Assembly: GCA_020630675.1 (NCBI GenBank)
Contig: JAHDIR010000005.1
Coordinates: forward strand, 7,178 to 71,177
Direction of reading: 5' to 3'
Source of the DNA: Bdellovibrionales bacterium
GTDB taxonomy: Bacteria; Bdellovibrionota; Bdellovibrionia; Bdellovibrionales; UBA1609
Length of the DNA: 64,000 nucleotides
The notes under the pieces were generated by a model, which saw only the letters and a program-made list of their open reading frames with translations, did not search any database and was not told where the DNA came from. Below are positions 1-12,000 of this stretch, in pieces (position 1 is the stretch's first letter; every line of letters starts with the position of its first letter). A program made the position numbers and the translations under genes.

Positions 1-1993
1 TTTCTTCTAAAAATATATTATTTCCAGATAAATCTTTAAAATCGGTCAGCAAACTATAGGTATCTCGTTGAATTTCATTGAAAGGCCAGTAGCCAATTAA
101 CTCATTATTTAGACCTTCCAACTGTTCAAAGTAGTCATCTGCTCTTTCACTGTCAGGGTTGCCATCGTTATCAAAATCACCAACTAATTCTTTACCAAAA
201 GGTAAGTTTGTCGACCAAGATAGGTCAGGCCAAGTGGAAGTTGTACGTCCTAAGTCGATCACTTCTGAGTCATAGTGCCCAGCATACTTTTGCTTCTGAC
301 GGTTATATATTGTTTTAATATTTTCTGTAGTTAATGATACATTCCAAAGCGCAAAGTCATCAAATTCGTGATTAATTGTATAGGCTGTATCACAACTTTG
401 ACCTATGCAGAGACTATCACTGTTTGTTGCGAGGTTTCCGGCTCCAGCTCTTGAGCCAATAGGGGCTCCATTTATAAATAATTGCCCACCCAAAAGGGTA
501 TCATAGACAAAGCCAATATGAATCCATTGATTTAAAGAGGCGAAGTGATGTTCAGACAAAGGCCCCCACCCTCCTCCACGGTTTCCAAAAAATTGAAGTC
601 GCCCTTCGTTTTCAGGATTACTTCCCAAATTATTTCCGAAAAAATATAAATTAAAATTACTATTTGATATATTTGCCTGCTTAATAAGTAAGTGAATCGC
701 ATATAAATTAGTGAATGATGTAAACTTCACCCAACCACTAAATGATAAGTTTGTACCTAAATCTAAACTAGGATCATCAATCACTTGCACATGATCAGTT
801 GAAGTAAATGATCCTGAACTTAATCCGATTTGATGATTTTCAGTTATAAAACTTGGCGAACCAGATGGTGTGCCATGGTTTCCATTTCCAGAGGAGTCTT
901 GCCAATTACCATCCATTTTCCAATAACCGACTATGTTGTCCCACATTGGGGTCCAGTTTGGGTTCAAGCTTGTATCTTGAGAAAAAATTTGAGATTGAGA
1001 TTTATAGATAGACTGAATACTATCAGCAGATAAGAACGTATTGTATATACCAACTTCATCAATGCTTCCCGTAAGTCTTCTGTTTGAGTGACCAAAAAGA
1101 AAAGGGTTCAAATTTAATGTCGTTCCTGTCAGATTCTCAGTTGAACTCCCCTCTAAAACCCCGTCTATATAAATTTCTGAAATACCGTTTTTTACTTGCC
1201 CGACAATATGGTGCCAACGATTATCATTGAGTACAGAAGAGCTAATCGCCGATTTTGCGCTTGTTCCATTGTATCTTGCAAATAGAATTGTACCAGGTGA
1301 TGAATGATTCGAGTTTCTGACTCTAAAAACAATAGAATATGGTGCACCTGTCCCCGCATTTTCAATAATTGGATTTTGAGTGGCTGCAAGGTCTAATTGT
1401 TGGTTCGGTAGTTTTACCCACAATGACACTGCATAATTATCATCAATATCAAAGCTATAATCACTACTGTATGGAGCTTGCGCACCAGTGTTAATACCAT
1501 CAAAGTAAATCGAGGAATCAATTCTTCCAGAAGTAAAAATTAAATTATCACTGTCTTCATTAGCATGGGCACCCCGGCCCGAAAAGTCTTCGTAGTCGGT
1601 ACCACCTGGAGCTATATTATTGGTTTTTTCATCAAATTTCCAATAAGCTACAAGATTAGAATTCATATTTGGTAATATATATTTTAAATCTGCTGTATCA
1701 ATATCACTTGTTAGTAATACCGAATTATGAAAATAGTGAGTACCAATATGATTTCCAGAGTTAAAGTCCTCACCTTCATGAGTTAAATCAAGAGGCTTAA
1801 GTTGAATTTGCCCACTTTTAATCTCAACAAAGTTCTCATCAAAACTAACTTCAGCTTTTTTTGAAAAATCCCATGTTGGCTCAAATAAAGAACCAAAATC
1901 AAAAGAGGTTTTTTCATAACTACATGATACTGTTAAGGCAAGCATAACAGAATAAGTGATTAAAATTTTAAAAGTTAAGACAATTACTTTCAT
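1..1993 (-). CDS. Multi-LamG-domain lipoprotein, paralog 1 (3' end runs off the window)
   Basis: Absent from the ORF track because it has no stop in the window. Hand translation from ATG 1993 gives MKVIVLTFKILITYSVMLALTVSCSYEKTSFDFGSLFEPTWDFSKK. The same frame gives WTPMWDNIVGYWKMDGNWQ (~955) and RQKQKYAGHYDSEVIDLGRTTSTWPDLSWSTNLPFGKELVGDFDNDG (~301), matching 9096..12380. Frame was checked at these three points only. Confidence 0.9.
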   Translation of the reverse strand, partial: MKVIVLTFKILITYSVMLALTVSCSYEKTSFDFGSLFEPTWDFSKKAEVSFDENFVEIKSGQIQLKPLDLTHEGEDFNSGNHIGTHYFHNSVLLTSDIDTADLKYILPNMNSNLVAYWKFDEKTNNIAPGGTDYEDFSGRGAHANEDSDNLIFTSGRIDSSIYFDGINTGAQAPYSSDYSFDIDDNYAVSLWVKLPNQQLDLAATQNPIIENAGTGAPYSIVFRVRNSNHSSPGTILFARYNGTSAKSAISSSVLNDNRWHHIVGQVKNGISEIYIDGVLEGSSTENLTGTTLNLNPFLFGHSNRRLTGSIDEVGIYNTFLSADSIQSIYKSQSQIFSQDTSLNPNWTPMWDNIVGYWKMDGNWQDSSGNGNHGTPSGSPSFITENHQIGLSSGSFTSTDHVQVIDDPSLDLGTNLSFSGWVKFTSFTNLYAIHLLIKQANISNSNFNLYFFGNNLGSNPENEGRLQFFGNRGGGWGPLSEHHFASLNQWIHIGFVYDTLLGGQLFINGAPIGSRAGAGNLATNSDSLCIGQSCDTAYTINHEFDDFALWNVSLTTENIKTIYNRQKQKYAGHYDSEVIDLGRTTSTWPDLSWSTNLPFGKELVGDFDNDGNPDSERADDYFEQLEGLNNELIGYWPFNEIQRDTYSLLTDFKDLSGNNIFLEE

Positions 1994-2002
1994 TGTAATT
2001 AT

Positions 2003-2030
2003 TTATCGTCATTTTAACTGCCAGCCTTTA
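2003..2030 (-). promoter_or_regulatory. sigma28/FliA-like promoter of LamG paralog 1
   Basis: Minus strand TAAAG-N15-GACGATAA versus the FliA consensus TAAA-N15-GCCGATAA; 9 nt from -10 box to ATG, no SD. Confidence 0.7.
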
Positions 2031-2256
2031 AGCTTATTCATAAGAAAAGTTAGGCATTTATAGCTACGTAAATGTAAAAATACCTTTCAATACCTAGGTA
2101 TGGGAATGGTGGTATCAGTTAACTTGGTTTCACACACATAGCGATATATTCTTGTAATTTCGACAATCAATAACTAGACCCTAGTCAGAGGGTAACTAAT
2201 GAATTAAGCATAAAAAGATCTAATTTCTATTTTTGATTTAAAAATTGGGAGCTTTC

Positions 2257-3183
2257 ATGAAATTTTTTATTTTATACATGATCACTTTTATGGCTTTAGA
2301 GGTATTTTCTAGTTCTTCGATTGAGAAAGATAAAGAAAAAATTGAAAGTTCATATCACCCGCAAATAAAATACAAAACAATAGAAACGGGTTTTAGCTTT
2401 TCTTACTGTCAATTTCAAAAAATTGAAATAACAGGAAAAGACCCCATAAGTTTCAAAGAACGTAAAATAAATATAAACATGTATCACTCAATTCGAAATG
2501 TAAACAAAAAGGCAGTTATTGTTTTACCTCCGACCGGAGGAGTAAATGTCCTTGATCGAGGTTACGCTAATGAATTATGTAAAAATGATATTACAGCAGC
2601 CGTTATCTCTGACTGGGATTATCAAAATGAAATGAGTTTAAATTTTGATATGCATAACAAAGGCGCTTTAAGAGCCTTGGCTGCCACACGCCATGCGGTG
2701 GAGCTTCTTAACTCGTTAAATTACCATAGTATTGGATTACTTGGCACAAGCATTGGTGCAGTAACCGGCACTTTAGCTATAGGGTTTGAAACAAGGATTT
2801 CTGCAGTAGCTCTCATTGTCGGAGGTGCCAGTTTTGCCGATATAGTAGCAAATAGTGATGAAAAAGGAGCTTTAAAATTAAGAAAAGAGCGTATGAACTT
2901 ATATAAGTTAAAAAATTTATCAGAATACGCCACAGCTGCCAGAGCAAATATATGGGTTAACCCAGCTGCGTACTTAAACCATCTTAGTGCCGACATAGAA
3001 GCCTTAATCATAACTGCCGACAGCGATACAACCGTATTGACTAAATATCAATTAGACCTGTTAAAAATTTTTACGTCCCCAAAACAAATACCTCTTTCCG
3101 GCGGGCACAGAAAAGCCATCTTAGATAGTTTTATCTATAAAAGAAAAGAAATTGTTCAATTTTTTAGAGATTCATTAAAATAA
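2257..3183 (+). CDS. Secreted alpha/beta-hydrolase
   Basis: Signal-like N-terminus from ATG 2257; GTSIG nucleophile elbow, candidate Asp (ADSDTTV) and His (GGH). Confidence 0.75.
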   Translation: MKFFILYMITFMALEVFSSSSIEKDKEKIESSYHPQIKYKTIETGFSFSYCQFQKIEITGKDPISFKERKININMYHSIRNVNKKAVIVLPPTGGVNVLDRGYANELCKNDITAAVISDWDYQNEMSLNFDMHNKGALRALAATRHAVELLNSLNYHSIGLLGTSIGAVTGTLAIGFETRISAVALIVGGASFADIVANSDEKGALKLRKERMNLYKLKNLSEYATAARANIWVNPAAYLNHLSADIEALIITADSDTTVLTKYQLDLLKIFTSPKQIPLSGGHRKAILDSFIYKRKEIVQFFRDSLK

Positions 3184-3237
3184 AAATACTTATCTTGATA
3201 ATTGAACCTGTACTTAAAAGCTCATTTAAAACCCTAC

Positions 3238-4044
3238 TTACTGCCACCCTATATTTATATGGTGGTCATAGGGGATAGATTCTTTATTAACTCCTATAGT
3301 AACTTTATCATTTGCAAGAGTCGGGCTTTCATTGACAATTTTTTGATTCAGCAAGTTTTTGTTTTTAAAATTATAAAAGGGCTTCTTGTTTTTCAACAAA
3401 CCTGGAACAGCTTGAATTATTTGAATGGCTGAATTTGTTTTATAAGAATAAGACCGCCCAACAGTGATTTCTTTAGCTTGTGTGGTAGTATTCTTCATTG
3501 GCGAAGACTCTATTAATACTACAACTCGGTAATCTTGATTAAGAGGGTCTGGGATATTAGAAACCCTAGGTACAGTTCCACCACCATATAAGCGAGCAGA
3601 TCCGTTGGCAAAAAAGTGACCATCACCATGTTTTCTAGAGTTTGAAACATCACCAATGGTTTTACCAATGGAGTTTATTTGATTTGATAATGATTTAATT
3701 TTGTTGGGGTTATTTAATAAATTATTGAACTTAAACTCAGAGGAGTTCAAAACTGCTTTCAGTTTGCTTTGAGGTACATGCCAAACTTTCAAATGCATTT
3801 TAGCCTTCGGAAATGAGCCAAAATTGATTATGCGAGAAGCAGAAAGGGAGTGTCGGCGAAAAACCTGAATGCTAGTAAAGCTGTATGTTTTAGGGCTTAT
3901 AGAATGAAATAACATATCTTTTTCGATCACCCAATCTCTTTCTAAAGACTGTACGTTAACATCAGGGCTTAAAGTTTTCTCAGCACACCCTACTAAACTC
4001 AACACATAAACAATGGCTAAAATTAAACTATTTTTTAAATTCAT
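3238..4044 (-). CDS. Hypothetical lipoprotein
   Basis: 268-aa ORF, lipobox LVGC, GGAG upstream. Confidence 0.7.
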   Translation of the reverse strand: MNLKNSLILAIVYVLSLVGCAEKTLSPDVNVQSLERDWVIEKDMLFHSISPKTYSFTSIQVFRRHSLSASRIINFGSFPKAKMHLKVWHVPQSKLKAVLNSSEFKFNNLLNNPNKIKSLSNQINSIGKTIGDVSNSRKHGDGHFFANGSARLYGGGTVPRVSNIPDPLNQDYRVVVLIESSPMKNTTTQAKEITVGRSYSYKTNSAIQIIQAVPGLLKNKKPFYNFKNKNLLNQKIVNESPTLANDKVTIGVNKESIPYDHHINIGWQ

Positions 4045-4228
4045 AAAAAAACTCCAATCGATTTTAAAACGTTCTTTTATAAAAATAACACATACAAAAC
4101 TAATTACTACCGACTATGAAAAAAAGAGAAATCTGTATAATAATTTTACTACTTATAACGCATAAGCCGGCATGACTTGTTAAGAATGCTAAGTTTTTTA
4201 ACTTTATCCGTATTTGACTTAAAAATAG

Positions 4229-4561
4229 TTATTTCTTTCTCGTTGCCGTAAGTAACTCAGCCAAGGTGTTTGCTAAATCACAGATTTTGCCCTCTTCAAG
4301 ACTTGCAGTTACACTATCAATAATGTTCTGAGATGAATAAGTAACGCTCTTTTTATTTAAAGTAAAATTTGTTTCCAAGCACTGTAAAAAACCGACCCCA
4401 TTTGATGTTCCGAAATGACTTGTGCAATTCACAGGATTAGCCATGCGATTAATCATTGATAAGGCTCCTTCGTGTCTTTCTTCGCACCCTAGATTTCTAT
4501 GCCCATAAGAAGAAAGTGGTACAAATAATAATATTGATATTGCTAAAATTGTTTTTTTCAT
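4229..4561 (-). CDS. Small secreted hypothetical protein
   Basis: MKKTILAISILLF signal peptide, 4 Cys, AAGGAG SD. Confidence 0.7.
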   Translation of the reverse strand: MKKTILAISILLFVPLSSYGHRNLGCEERHEGALSMINRMANPVNCTSHFGTSNGVGFLQCLETNFTLNKKSVTYSSQNIIDSVTASLEEGKICDLANTLAELLTATRKK

Positions 4562-4883
4562 AAAAAACTCCTTTTTTAATTTTTGTTAAAACATAATTAT
4601 TAATAAACTAAATTGATAAATATTATCGTTCTCTATTAAAATAAATTAAATTCACTACATAGGTCGACTTTTCGGGCTCGATCCAATCTAAAGCTCAATG
4701 TCATTAATTTGTATTATAATTTATATTTTTTGTTTCTCTGGTAACTAGTACCATTTGAGGAGAACGTCGTGAACTGACGTTCAAGCATATAAAACCATGA
4801 TTTAAATTTTAAGTAAATAGTGGGTTTTCATCTTTGTAAGATATTCAAGCTATGTCTAGATTTTATACATTTAGATAAAGCAT

Positions 4884-4912
4884 AAATCAGCTTGTGTACT
4901 ATAAGCTGATTT
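4884..4912. terminator. Hairpin downstream of 4926..6428
   Basis: AAATCAGCTT / AAGCTGATTT 10-bp inverted repeat 13 nt past the stop. Confidence 0.5.
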
Positions 4913-4925
4913 CTAATGTGTGATT

Positions 4926-6428
4926 TTAACGGTCTATAACTATAAAAGTGTCTGATTTTTTTATTTTTAGGTTTTTGAAGGCCCCTCTTCTATTTGTCAT
5001 ATCAAATGCATCAACGAATCTGTTTAACGAAGCAGGTGGCCATCCTACACGCTGACCTACTTTACTTGCATTGAATACAGCTTGAGTAGATGGGTCAATA
5101 TTGAGCTCATAACTTTTAAATTGATCGTCATTGTCATATTGTTTAAACCATATGAGTTGAAAACCTTTACCTTGTCCTTGTTTAGGCTTAAAGCTAACGA
5201 TATATAGCCCAGTTTGGCCATCAAAATTAGAGGTAACAACTAAGGGAGACTCTGGGTAATTCCGCTCTTGCCTTTCAAATAACTGTGATAGTAACCAGTA
5301 AGCATATGCTGACCTCTTGGGCCCGTCCTTAACCAACCCATTTTCATAAAGTTTGTCTGGATTGTAAAATAAGCCATTCAGTGCAAAATGATGATCTCCC
5401 CAAAGTGGGTTTCCAAAATGAGGTCGATCTATAGGGTAACCAAAGGTGGTGTACTGAGCGCCTTTAGAAAGAGCAAGAGCCACTGTTCTCAAACCATAAG
5501 ATGCTTGCATCTCTTCCGTTTGAAAATGTAAAGACTTTATAATGTTGCCCTCACTATCGCGACGTATTGCTTGACCTGAATGTGTATTATTTTCCGTTAA
5601 AATAAAATTAGGTTTATATGTTTGAAACCTATTTAATAGTCGTTTAATTGGAACAACTATATTTTCAGCATCTTTAAAATCATGGTGGTAATGTATGTCT
5701 AAGCTCAAAGTGTCGCCGCTATATTTTCTTGTAAGAGCTTTTCTAAACGCTTCAAACTTTTCCAAACGATCAGGTTTTTCATTATCAAATACTTTTGATG
5801 TCAGGGATAAAGTTAACTTTGCCTTTGGATTATTCTCAATTAAAAAACTTTCAAGATGATTTAGTCTTTCAACAAAGTCTTCTACTTCCCCTACTCCAAC
5901 GGGGAAGTTTGTACTATTGTCATGGTCATATTCATTACCAAGTTGCCAATATCGAATTTTATCTCCAAACTTATTATTGAAGTAATGAAGAACTTCTTCA
6001 AAGTCTTCTAGGTTGTCATTTTTATATATCTTCGTAAACTGTAATAGAAAAATTCGATTTTCTGAATCTAGCTCTTCCATACACTTATAAGCTCTGCGTA
6101 TAGCTATAGGCCTATGCCAGTCATTCACAAAAACTCTAATAAAGCCTGGGTTCAAATCAATCATGTTTTGCTTTGAGGCATCGTAGTGAGTACCGCAATT
6201 TACAAAAAGAGCCATCGGATTTCCGTAAAGTAAGACCTGATCATTTGGGGCAGCTGTGATGTCATCTTCATCTTTAATTGGATTTGTTTTTATATTTTTT
6301 TGTTGAGTTTGGTTAATAGATGTTTGAATTTCATTATTTTGAAAACTAAATTCAGTACAATTCTGAAAAGAAAACATAACGCCTATTAATGTAATGACAT
6401 AGAAAGAAATTTTTATTTGTTTTTCCAC
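4926..6428 (-). CDS. FQNC-type lipoprotein, putative clan GH-A glycoside hydrolase (TIM barrel)
   Basis: MFSFQNC lipobox, Q/N-rich linker, YWQLGNEYD acid/base-like and ILTEN nucleophile-like motifs. Confidence 0.6.
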   Translation of the reverse strand: MEKQIKISFYVITLIGVMFSFQNCTEFSFQNNEIQTSINQTQQKNIKTNPIKDEDDITAAPNDQVLLYGNPMALFVNCGTHYDASKQNMIDLNPGFIRVFVNDWHRPIAIRRAYKCMEELDSENRIFLLQFTKIYKNDNLEDFEEVLHYFNNKFGDKIRYWQLGNEYDHDNSTNFPVGVGEVEDFVERLNHLESFLIENNPKAKLTLSLTSKVFDNEKPDRLEKFEAFRKALTRKYSGDTLSLDIHYHHDFKDAENIVVPIKRLLNRFQTYKPNFILTENNTHSGQAIRRDSEGNIIKSLHFQTEEMQASYGLRTVALALSKGAQYTTFGYPIDRPHFGNPLWGDHHFALNGLFYNPDKLYENGLVKDGPKRSAYAYWLLSQLFERQERNYPESPLVVTSNFDGQTGLYIVSFKPKQGQGKGFQLIWFKQYDNDDQFKSYELNIDPSTQAVFNASKVGQRVGWPPASLNRFVDAFDMTNRRGAFKNLKIKKSDTFIVIDR

Positions 6429-6669
6429 TTAAAATCCCCTTTTTTATACTAAATAGTATCATATACATAAGACATGATGGGCCACTAACGTTAATAATGT
6501 ACTTTATTGATACAGCTCCACTCTCCCTTAGTCTCTTCATTTACAAAACTTATACTCTATTTGTAGTTAGTACGGTTGTTGTCGGTAAATCTAACTTTAA
6601 ATAGCTAGCCTTTAGTCTTTTGAAAAAAGTAATGACATAGGGCTTTAGGCCAAATAAAAAATGAATATA

Positions 6670-7431
6670 TCATGCATTAAAATTGAACTCTTCAAATAGT
6701 TTTTTTAATTTTTCAAGCAAGTATTCGCTGGTTAGACCATTGTCTACGGCACATTTTTTAACGTACTCAGGCTCTGTGGCTATTGTAATCAAACCGGCGT
6801 GATGAACTAATGTTTTAAACACATCCCTATTTTCAGGGGCTACTGAATTAAAACTATTAAAATAATCTAAATCAATATCTAAAATATAAGGAGAAGAAAT
6901 CAAAGGATACTCCTTGGTTTGTTTTGTAATATCATCAAATGCAGCTAGGGCTTGCTTCAAAAAAACGGACTCTAAAACACTATCGTAATCTGGCGTTTTT
7001 CTACCCTGCTCATTAATAATTTCATTAACCGCAAAACAGGCAATTTTATGATTTTCATAAATGTCTAGCTTTGTGGTTCTTGCATTATGTGCAATGACAA
7101 AAGCTGATGAAATTATATTGGCATGAATGGCTGTCACAATATGCTCATCATTATTTAGTTTAGAAATAGCATCAACAACGGTGTTTGCCCTAGCAAAGTT
7201 AATATTTTCTAAGTATGAGTTTTGGATAACTTTAAAACGTTTTTCTGAAAGGTCTTTGCCGTAATGGTTGGCTATCCAACGACGAAATGGTTGAGAGGTG
7301 TCTGTATGATGATCTAAGGTAATTAGCCTCGGCGCCTGCTGCAAGGTGCTTCTGTAATTTGCCCAAGCAGACAGAACTTTATGATGACTATCTACAGTAC
7401 TAATAAAAATTTTGTTTGGATAAGTATTCAT
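6670..7431 (-). CDS. UPF0489-family protein
   Basis: Motifs VDSHH, LDHHTD, LDIDLDYF, ITIATEP. Confidence 0.75.
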   Translation of the reverse strand: MNTYPNKIFISTVDSHHKVLSAWANYRSTLQQAPRLITLDHHTDTSQPFRRWIANHYGKDLSEKRFKVIQNSYLENINFARANTVVDAISKLNNDEHIVTAIHANIISSAFVIAHNARTTKLDIYENHKIACFAVNEIINEQGRKTPDYDSVLESVFLKQALAAFDDITKQTKEYPLISSPYILDIDLDYFNSFNSVAPENRDVFKTLVHHAGLITIATEPEYVKKCAVDNGLTSEYLLEKLKKLFEEFNFNA

Positions 7432-7450
7432 AAAAATTTATTTGAATAAT

Positions 7451-7762
7451 CTATTTTTTATAAACCCCAAGATCTATGATTTCTACAGAAATAGTGCCTT
7501 TTTGAATAAGCTGACTGGCTTTATCAAATAGATTAGACGCTATCTGTTCTTTTAAATTTTGGCTTCGACCAGGCAAAAGCTTTAAAGTAATAGCCGTGTG
7601 GTCCTGACTAGATTCGTCCCCACAAAAAGATAATAACGGAGAATACAGCCTGGTTTTTACAGAAGAAAGAGAAACAGTCTCTTGCTTTCCAACTAAGTCA
7701 TGTAAATCTTTAACTATGCTGGACGCTAAAGAGGCTGTACTTTCAATAATTAAGTGTGGCAT
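7451..7762 (-). CDS. Tautomerase/MIF superfamily, 5-carboxymethyl-2-hydroxymuconate isomerase-like
   Basis: N-terminal MPHLIIE (catalytic Pro1), VKTR, LLPGRS, ISVEIID. Confidence 0.8.
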   Translation of the reverse strand: MPHLIIESTASLASSIVKDLHDLVGKQETVSLSSVKTRLYSPLLSFCGDESSQDHTAITLKLLPGRSQNLKEQIASNLFDKASQLIQKGTISVEIIDLGVYKK

Positions 7763-7804
7763 TAATTGACTCCCTTTTTTTCACCCATCTTTTTATCAGC
7801 TTAT

Positions 7805-8842
7805 TTACCTAAATTTAAAAAGGAAGCGTATTCCGAGCGTTAGTTCTTGATCTTGATAAAGTTCTTCTTCTCCACCAAAGCGTCTAAAAGGTTTATTTTT
7901 ATCTTGCAGTACAACACTAGCGTTTTTAAGCTTAAAATAATTAGATCTAAATACACGGTTCAGTCCTCGATTAATACCTTCAACTGGATTTATCAAAGTA
8001 TGAACTAAACGCCCTAATTTATGACTACCTGCCAAGCGGTAATCTTGCTCTTTAAGATGAAGGCTCCATTGATGAAACATTTCCCCAAAAACGGCTCCAG
8101 CCACAGGAGTGATAATTAAATCTTGGATAGAGGGGATTTCAGCTATGGCTTCAATACCATACTCCCACAAAACCGTTGATACAAAAAAAGCAAAACCAAA
8201 AGAATCCATTTTAGAGAAACCTTGCTTACGTAAAATTAAATATAAATAAGCTCCGTTTAATGGATGAATAAAATAATTAAAAATCCAACTATCTTTATCC
8301 ACAACCGGGCCGGCTTTTATATTATCATCATACTCATCTAAAAGCTCAGTAAAGCTTTGATTATGAGACCAGTTTGTTACATCTTCAGGCAAAGCAAACA
8401 AGACGGCAAAAGCAGCTATACCACTCACCGATACATTACGAATGGCTTCAGCTATAATTCTTTGCTTTTCAGGTAAGTGATCATAATTGAGGGGAAGAGC
8501 TATTCGATCTTCAGAATAATAAAGTGAAGAAGATTTATTTGATGAATAAGCAGCAATAACTTCTTCTGACCTTTCAGCTGAAGCATAACCAAAAAAATCA
8601 TGAATATAATTATGTTTAGGGATATTTAAATTTACTCTTACTTTTGAGTCTGATGAGCTTTCAACTTCAATGGTCTGAGCACCTTGATTTGGTTTAAAAA
8701 GATTTTCATACTTTATTTTCTCTACAGCTGCCGGGTTTTTGGGGCCAAGGACCAATCCGTTAGCTTGTGAGAAATTAAAAGGTAAAAGAGAAAAAACAAT
8801 CGTGATACAAAGTATAAATCTATTTTTTTTTAGTGAAAACAT
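7805..8842 (-). CDS. DUF3943-like protein
   Basis: DKDSWIFNYFIHP..GA, WEYGIEAIAEIPSIQDLIITPVAGAVFGE; signal peptide. Confidence 0.75.
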   Translation of the reverse strand: MFSLKKNRFILCITIVFSLLPFNFSQANGLVLGPKNPAAVEKIKYENLFKPNQGAQTIEVESSSDSKVRVNLNIPKHNYIHDFFGYASAERSEEVIAAYSSNKSSSLYYSEDRIALPLNYDHLPEKQRIIAEAIRNVSVSGIAAFAVLFALPEDVTNWSHNQSFTELLDEYDDNIKAGPVVDKDSWIFNYFIHPLNGAYLYLILRKQGFSKMDSFGFAFFVSTVLWEYGIEAIAEIPSIQDLIITPVAGAVFGEMFHQWSLHLKEQDYRLAGSHKLGRLVHTLINPVEGINRGLNRVFRSNYFKLKNASVVLQDKNKPFRRFGGEEELYQDQELTLGIRFLFKFR

Positions 8843-9095
8843 TCTACCCCCAATGACTTAAAACCTTATAAACAAAATGATACAAAGCATCTATAATAAA
8901 ACCCTAAGATTGCAGTTTTTATCTAGCTAAATGAAAGGATTTCATAGTCTCTCAACTTATTTACCCTTAATGTACTAAAGCTCAAACTGAACTTGTTTAC
9001 AAATATTTGAAAAAAGTGAGCGGAGCAAAAAGCAATTGAAGCTAAGGCATTGAATGCCCGATTTCATTTTTTTAAAAAAATATTTCATATATGAA

Positions 9096-12000
9096 TTAGT
9101 TTGTTGATGAAACGTCTATATTTCGAAGACTACATTTTAATGTTTGATTCGCATTGGTTTGCAAAAAAGCTTTTATGTATAAAAGTCCCGGGCCGTGATC
9201 ATTTGAAAAGCTAATAATATGGTTTTCAAGATTTAGCTTTGTTGTCAGGTCACTGGCGGCAAGCACTGGAGACCAAGCCCCATTGTTAAAATAAAAATAA
9301 TTCGTTCCATCTGGGCTTAACTGATAAGTCACACAATCGTCTGCGTTTACTTTTATAGACTGAATACTTTTGTAGGCATAGGCTTTAAACGGAGTAACTT
9401 CTTGTAAACTTGAAGGGTATCTATCTTGACCACTTGTGTTTAAATTCACAGATGTGAGCTCGGGCAAGCAAGGGCTACCACTACAGGCATTGTTATCATC
9501 AGCTTCCATATAAACTCTATATCGAAAATAAGGATTAGCATTGAGCCTTGCTGCCAAAGGTAAACCATCAAAATTAATGACTGGGTTTGTTGGCCTAGGG
9601 CTAGCGGCTAATATAATTTCATCACCCACACAAATGTTACCATCACTGTCAGAAGTATTGTTTCCGCAATTAAAATTTAAGTCAGTGGTTTTACGATTAA
9701 AAAGTTCTGAGTAGTAGGTGGAATCATCACCACCAGGTCCTATAAATTTTGCTTTATGAGGGTCATCAAAATCCAAGGCATTTGCAATTGTATCACCATC
9801 GCAGTCATTGGCATTTCCTTCTGGAGATGTACTAAAAGTTTTACATTCACATGAAGAGTCTATACAGCTTTTCACTTGTATTTTAATACGATTTGCACCT
9901 CGGCGGTAAAGCTGCCTGATTTCTAAAGCTGAAAGAGCTCTTGACCAAATTGCATACTCGTCAATAGAACCAAGAAAACGTTGGGTACCTAATCCTGTTT
10001 GACCTATCACATGATTTAAACTTCCAATGATTGAATCATTGTTTACTAAGGCTTGAGATGCTTTTTCCTCACCATCAACATATATTTTAACACCTACATC
10101 ACGATCAAAAGTCCAACTAAGATGATGCCAGCTATTATCTCTATAGTCTTCGGCAACAGTGAGGCTGTTGACAATTTGACTAGATCCATCTGAAATCCAT
10201 AGCTGAATAAACCCACTTGCACCATTTATAGACAACCAGTGCCCTTCAGTTACAGATGTTGTTGAACCGCTAAGACTAATAATCCCCCATGAATTTTGGG
10301 GATCAAGGGCTTTAATCCATACAGACATTGTATAATCATCACTACCCATACTTAACGAAGGGTCTGTCCCTAAATCAATATAGCCAGTTGATAAATCAAA
10401 GGAGGCGCTTTTACTAAACAAAGGGGTTAAGTAAGAGGAATTAACGGTTCCAACGACAGTTCCTCCAAGACCAAGTGAAGAACTATCTTTGACTTCACCA
10501 GCTAGGCCACTCCAAGAATTTTCATTGAAATTAAAGTACCTTGCCAACTGTAAGTTTAAGTCACTCGTTATACCTGAGTATCCAATGTTATTTTCGTTAT
10601 CTAGGTTTCCATCTCTATCAAAATCACCAACTAACTCTTTACCAAAAGGTAAACTCGTTGACCAACTGAGATTGGGCCATTCAGAGGTTGTACTTCCTAA
10701 AAACATGACTTCGGAGTCATAATATCCAGCGTATTTTTGTTTTTGACGATTATATATTTTTAAAAAATCACCTGCCGTTAAATCAACATTCCATATAGCT
10801 AAATCATCTAATTCGCCATCAAAAGAATATGCAGAACTTGTTACGGCAGTGATCATTCCGATTCTACGTACACCACCAAATGTCGAAACAGTTGATACCA
10901 ACAATGAGTGACTGATATCCATCTCCCCATTGATAAATATTTTTAAAACTCCATCTTTAAAGGATATACTGACCATACTCCATACGTTCTCTTCTAATTT
11001 ATTATTAGAAAGGCTCCAAGACCCAACCGACTGAATAAAAACAGCAATTTTTCCAGATTGAGAGGGAACACCATTATCCCATAGTGATATCCCCATACCA
11101 GGAAAAGGAGAGGCGCCGTACCCACCCCATATAAATTCGGATGAGCCATCTGAATCATACGGACTTGGTTTTACCCAAAAATTAAAACTAAAATTCGAAC
11201 CAAAATCAAAATCTGCATGATAGGGAACTTCAGCCCAACTCAAGAGGTCATCAAATACCCCAGAACCAGAGCCAATTTTTCCATTTGTAGTGTGGCCTAC
11301 CGTTCCGTTGGCAACAGCATGGTGCCCTTTGCCAGAATAATCTTGCCAATTCCCATCCATTTTCCAATAACCAACAATATCGCTCCACCTTGGTGTCCAA
11401 TTTGGAGAAAGATTCGTTTGGTCTGAAAAAATTTGCTTTTGTACATTCCATAATTGAAAAACTTGTTCTTCAGTCACCGCTTCGGAAAAAAATGACACTT
11501 CATCAAGTTCTCCATGAAAGGACTGACCTCCTGAAACTTGATCTCTTGTAAAAGTTAAATCTGATGTGTAGTTGGGTATAAAAGCACTACTCTCAGACGC
11601 CATTGTATCTAAAGAACCATTTATATATATCTTTGCTCTTTGCGCGATCGGCAACGAGCCATCATAAACAACTGCTATATGGTTCCAAACTCCTGGCAAA
11701 ACTTCACCAACAGACTCAAAACGATCGTCCACACCGATGATATCGACACTAATTTTATTATTCAGATACCAAATGGTAAATGCTTGATTATCATTTGTGT
11801 TTACTCTTTTTGAAAGAATCGCATCATAGCCAGTAGAGCTTGATAAAGGCTTAACCCATGCCACTATAGACAATTGATCACGACCATCTATAATATCTGA
11901 ATCTGGAACAATAAATCGATCACCATCTCCATCAAAGTTGACGGCTTCACCTATTCTTCCAGGTACAAAATGATTGTCACCAGTAGGCGTTCCCACAAAA

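Noticed and set aside
830-1389. Short ORFs 830..1033 and 1192..1389, or pseudogene status for region 1-1993
   Set aside because: They lie inside LamG paralog 1, whose conserved blocks at 1993, 955 and 301 are in one frame; it is missing from the track only because it runs off the window.
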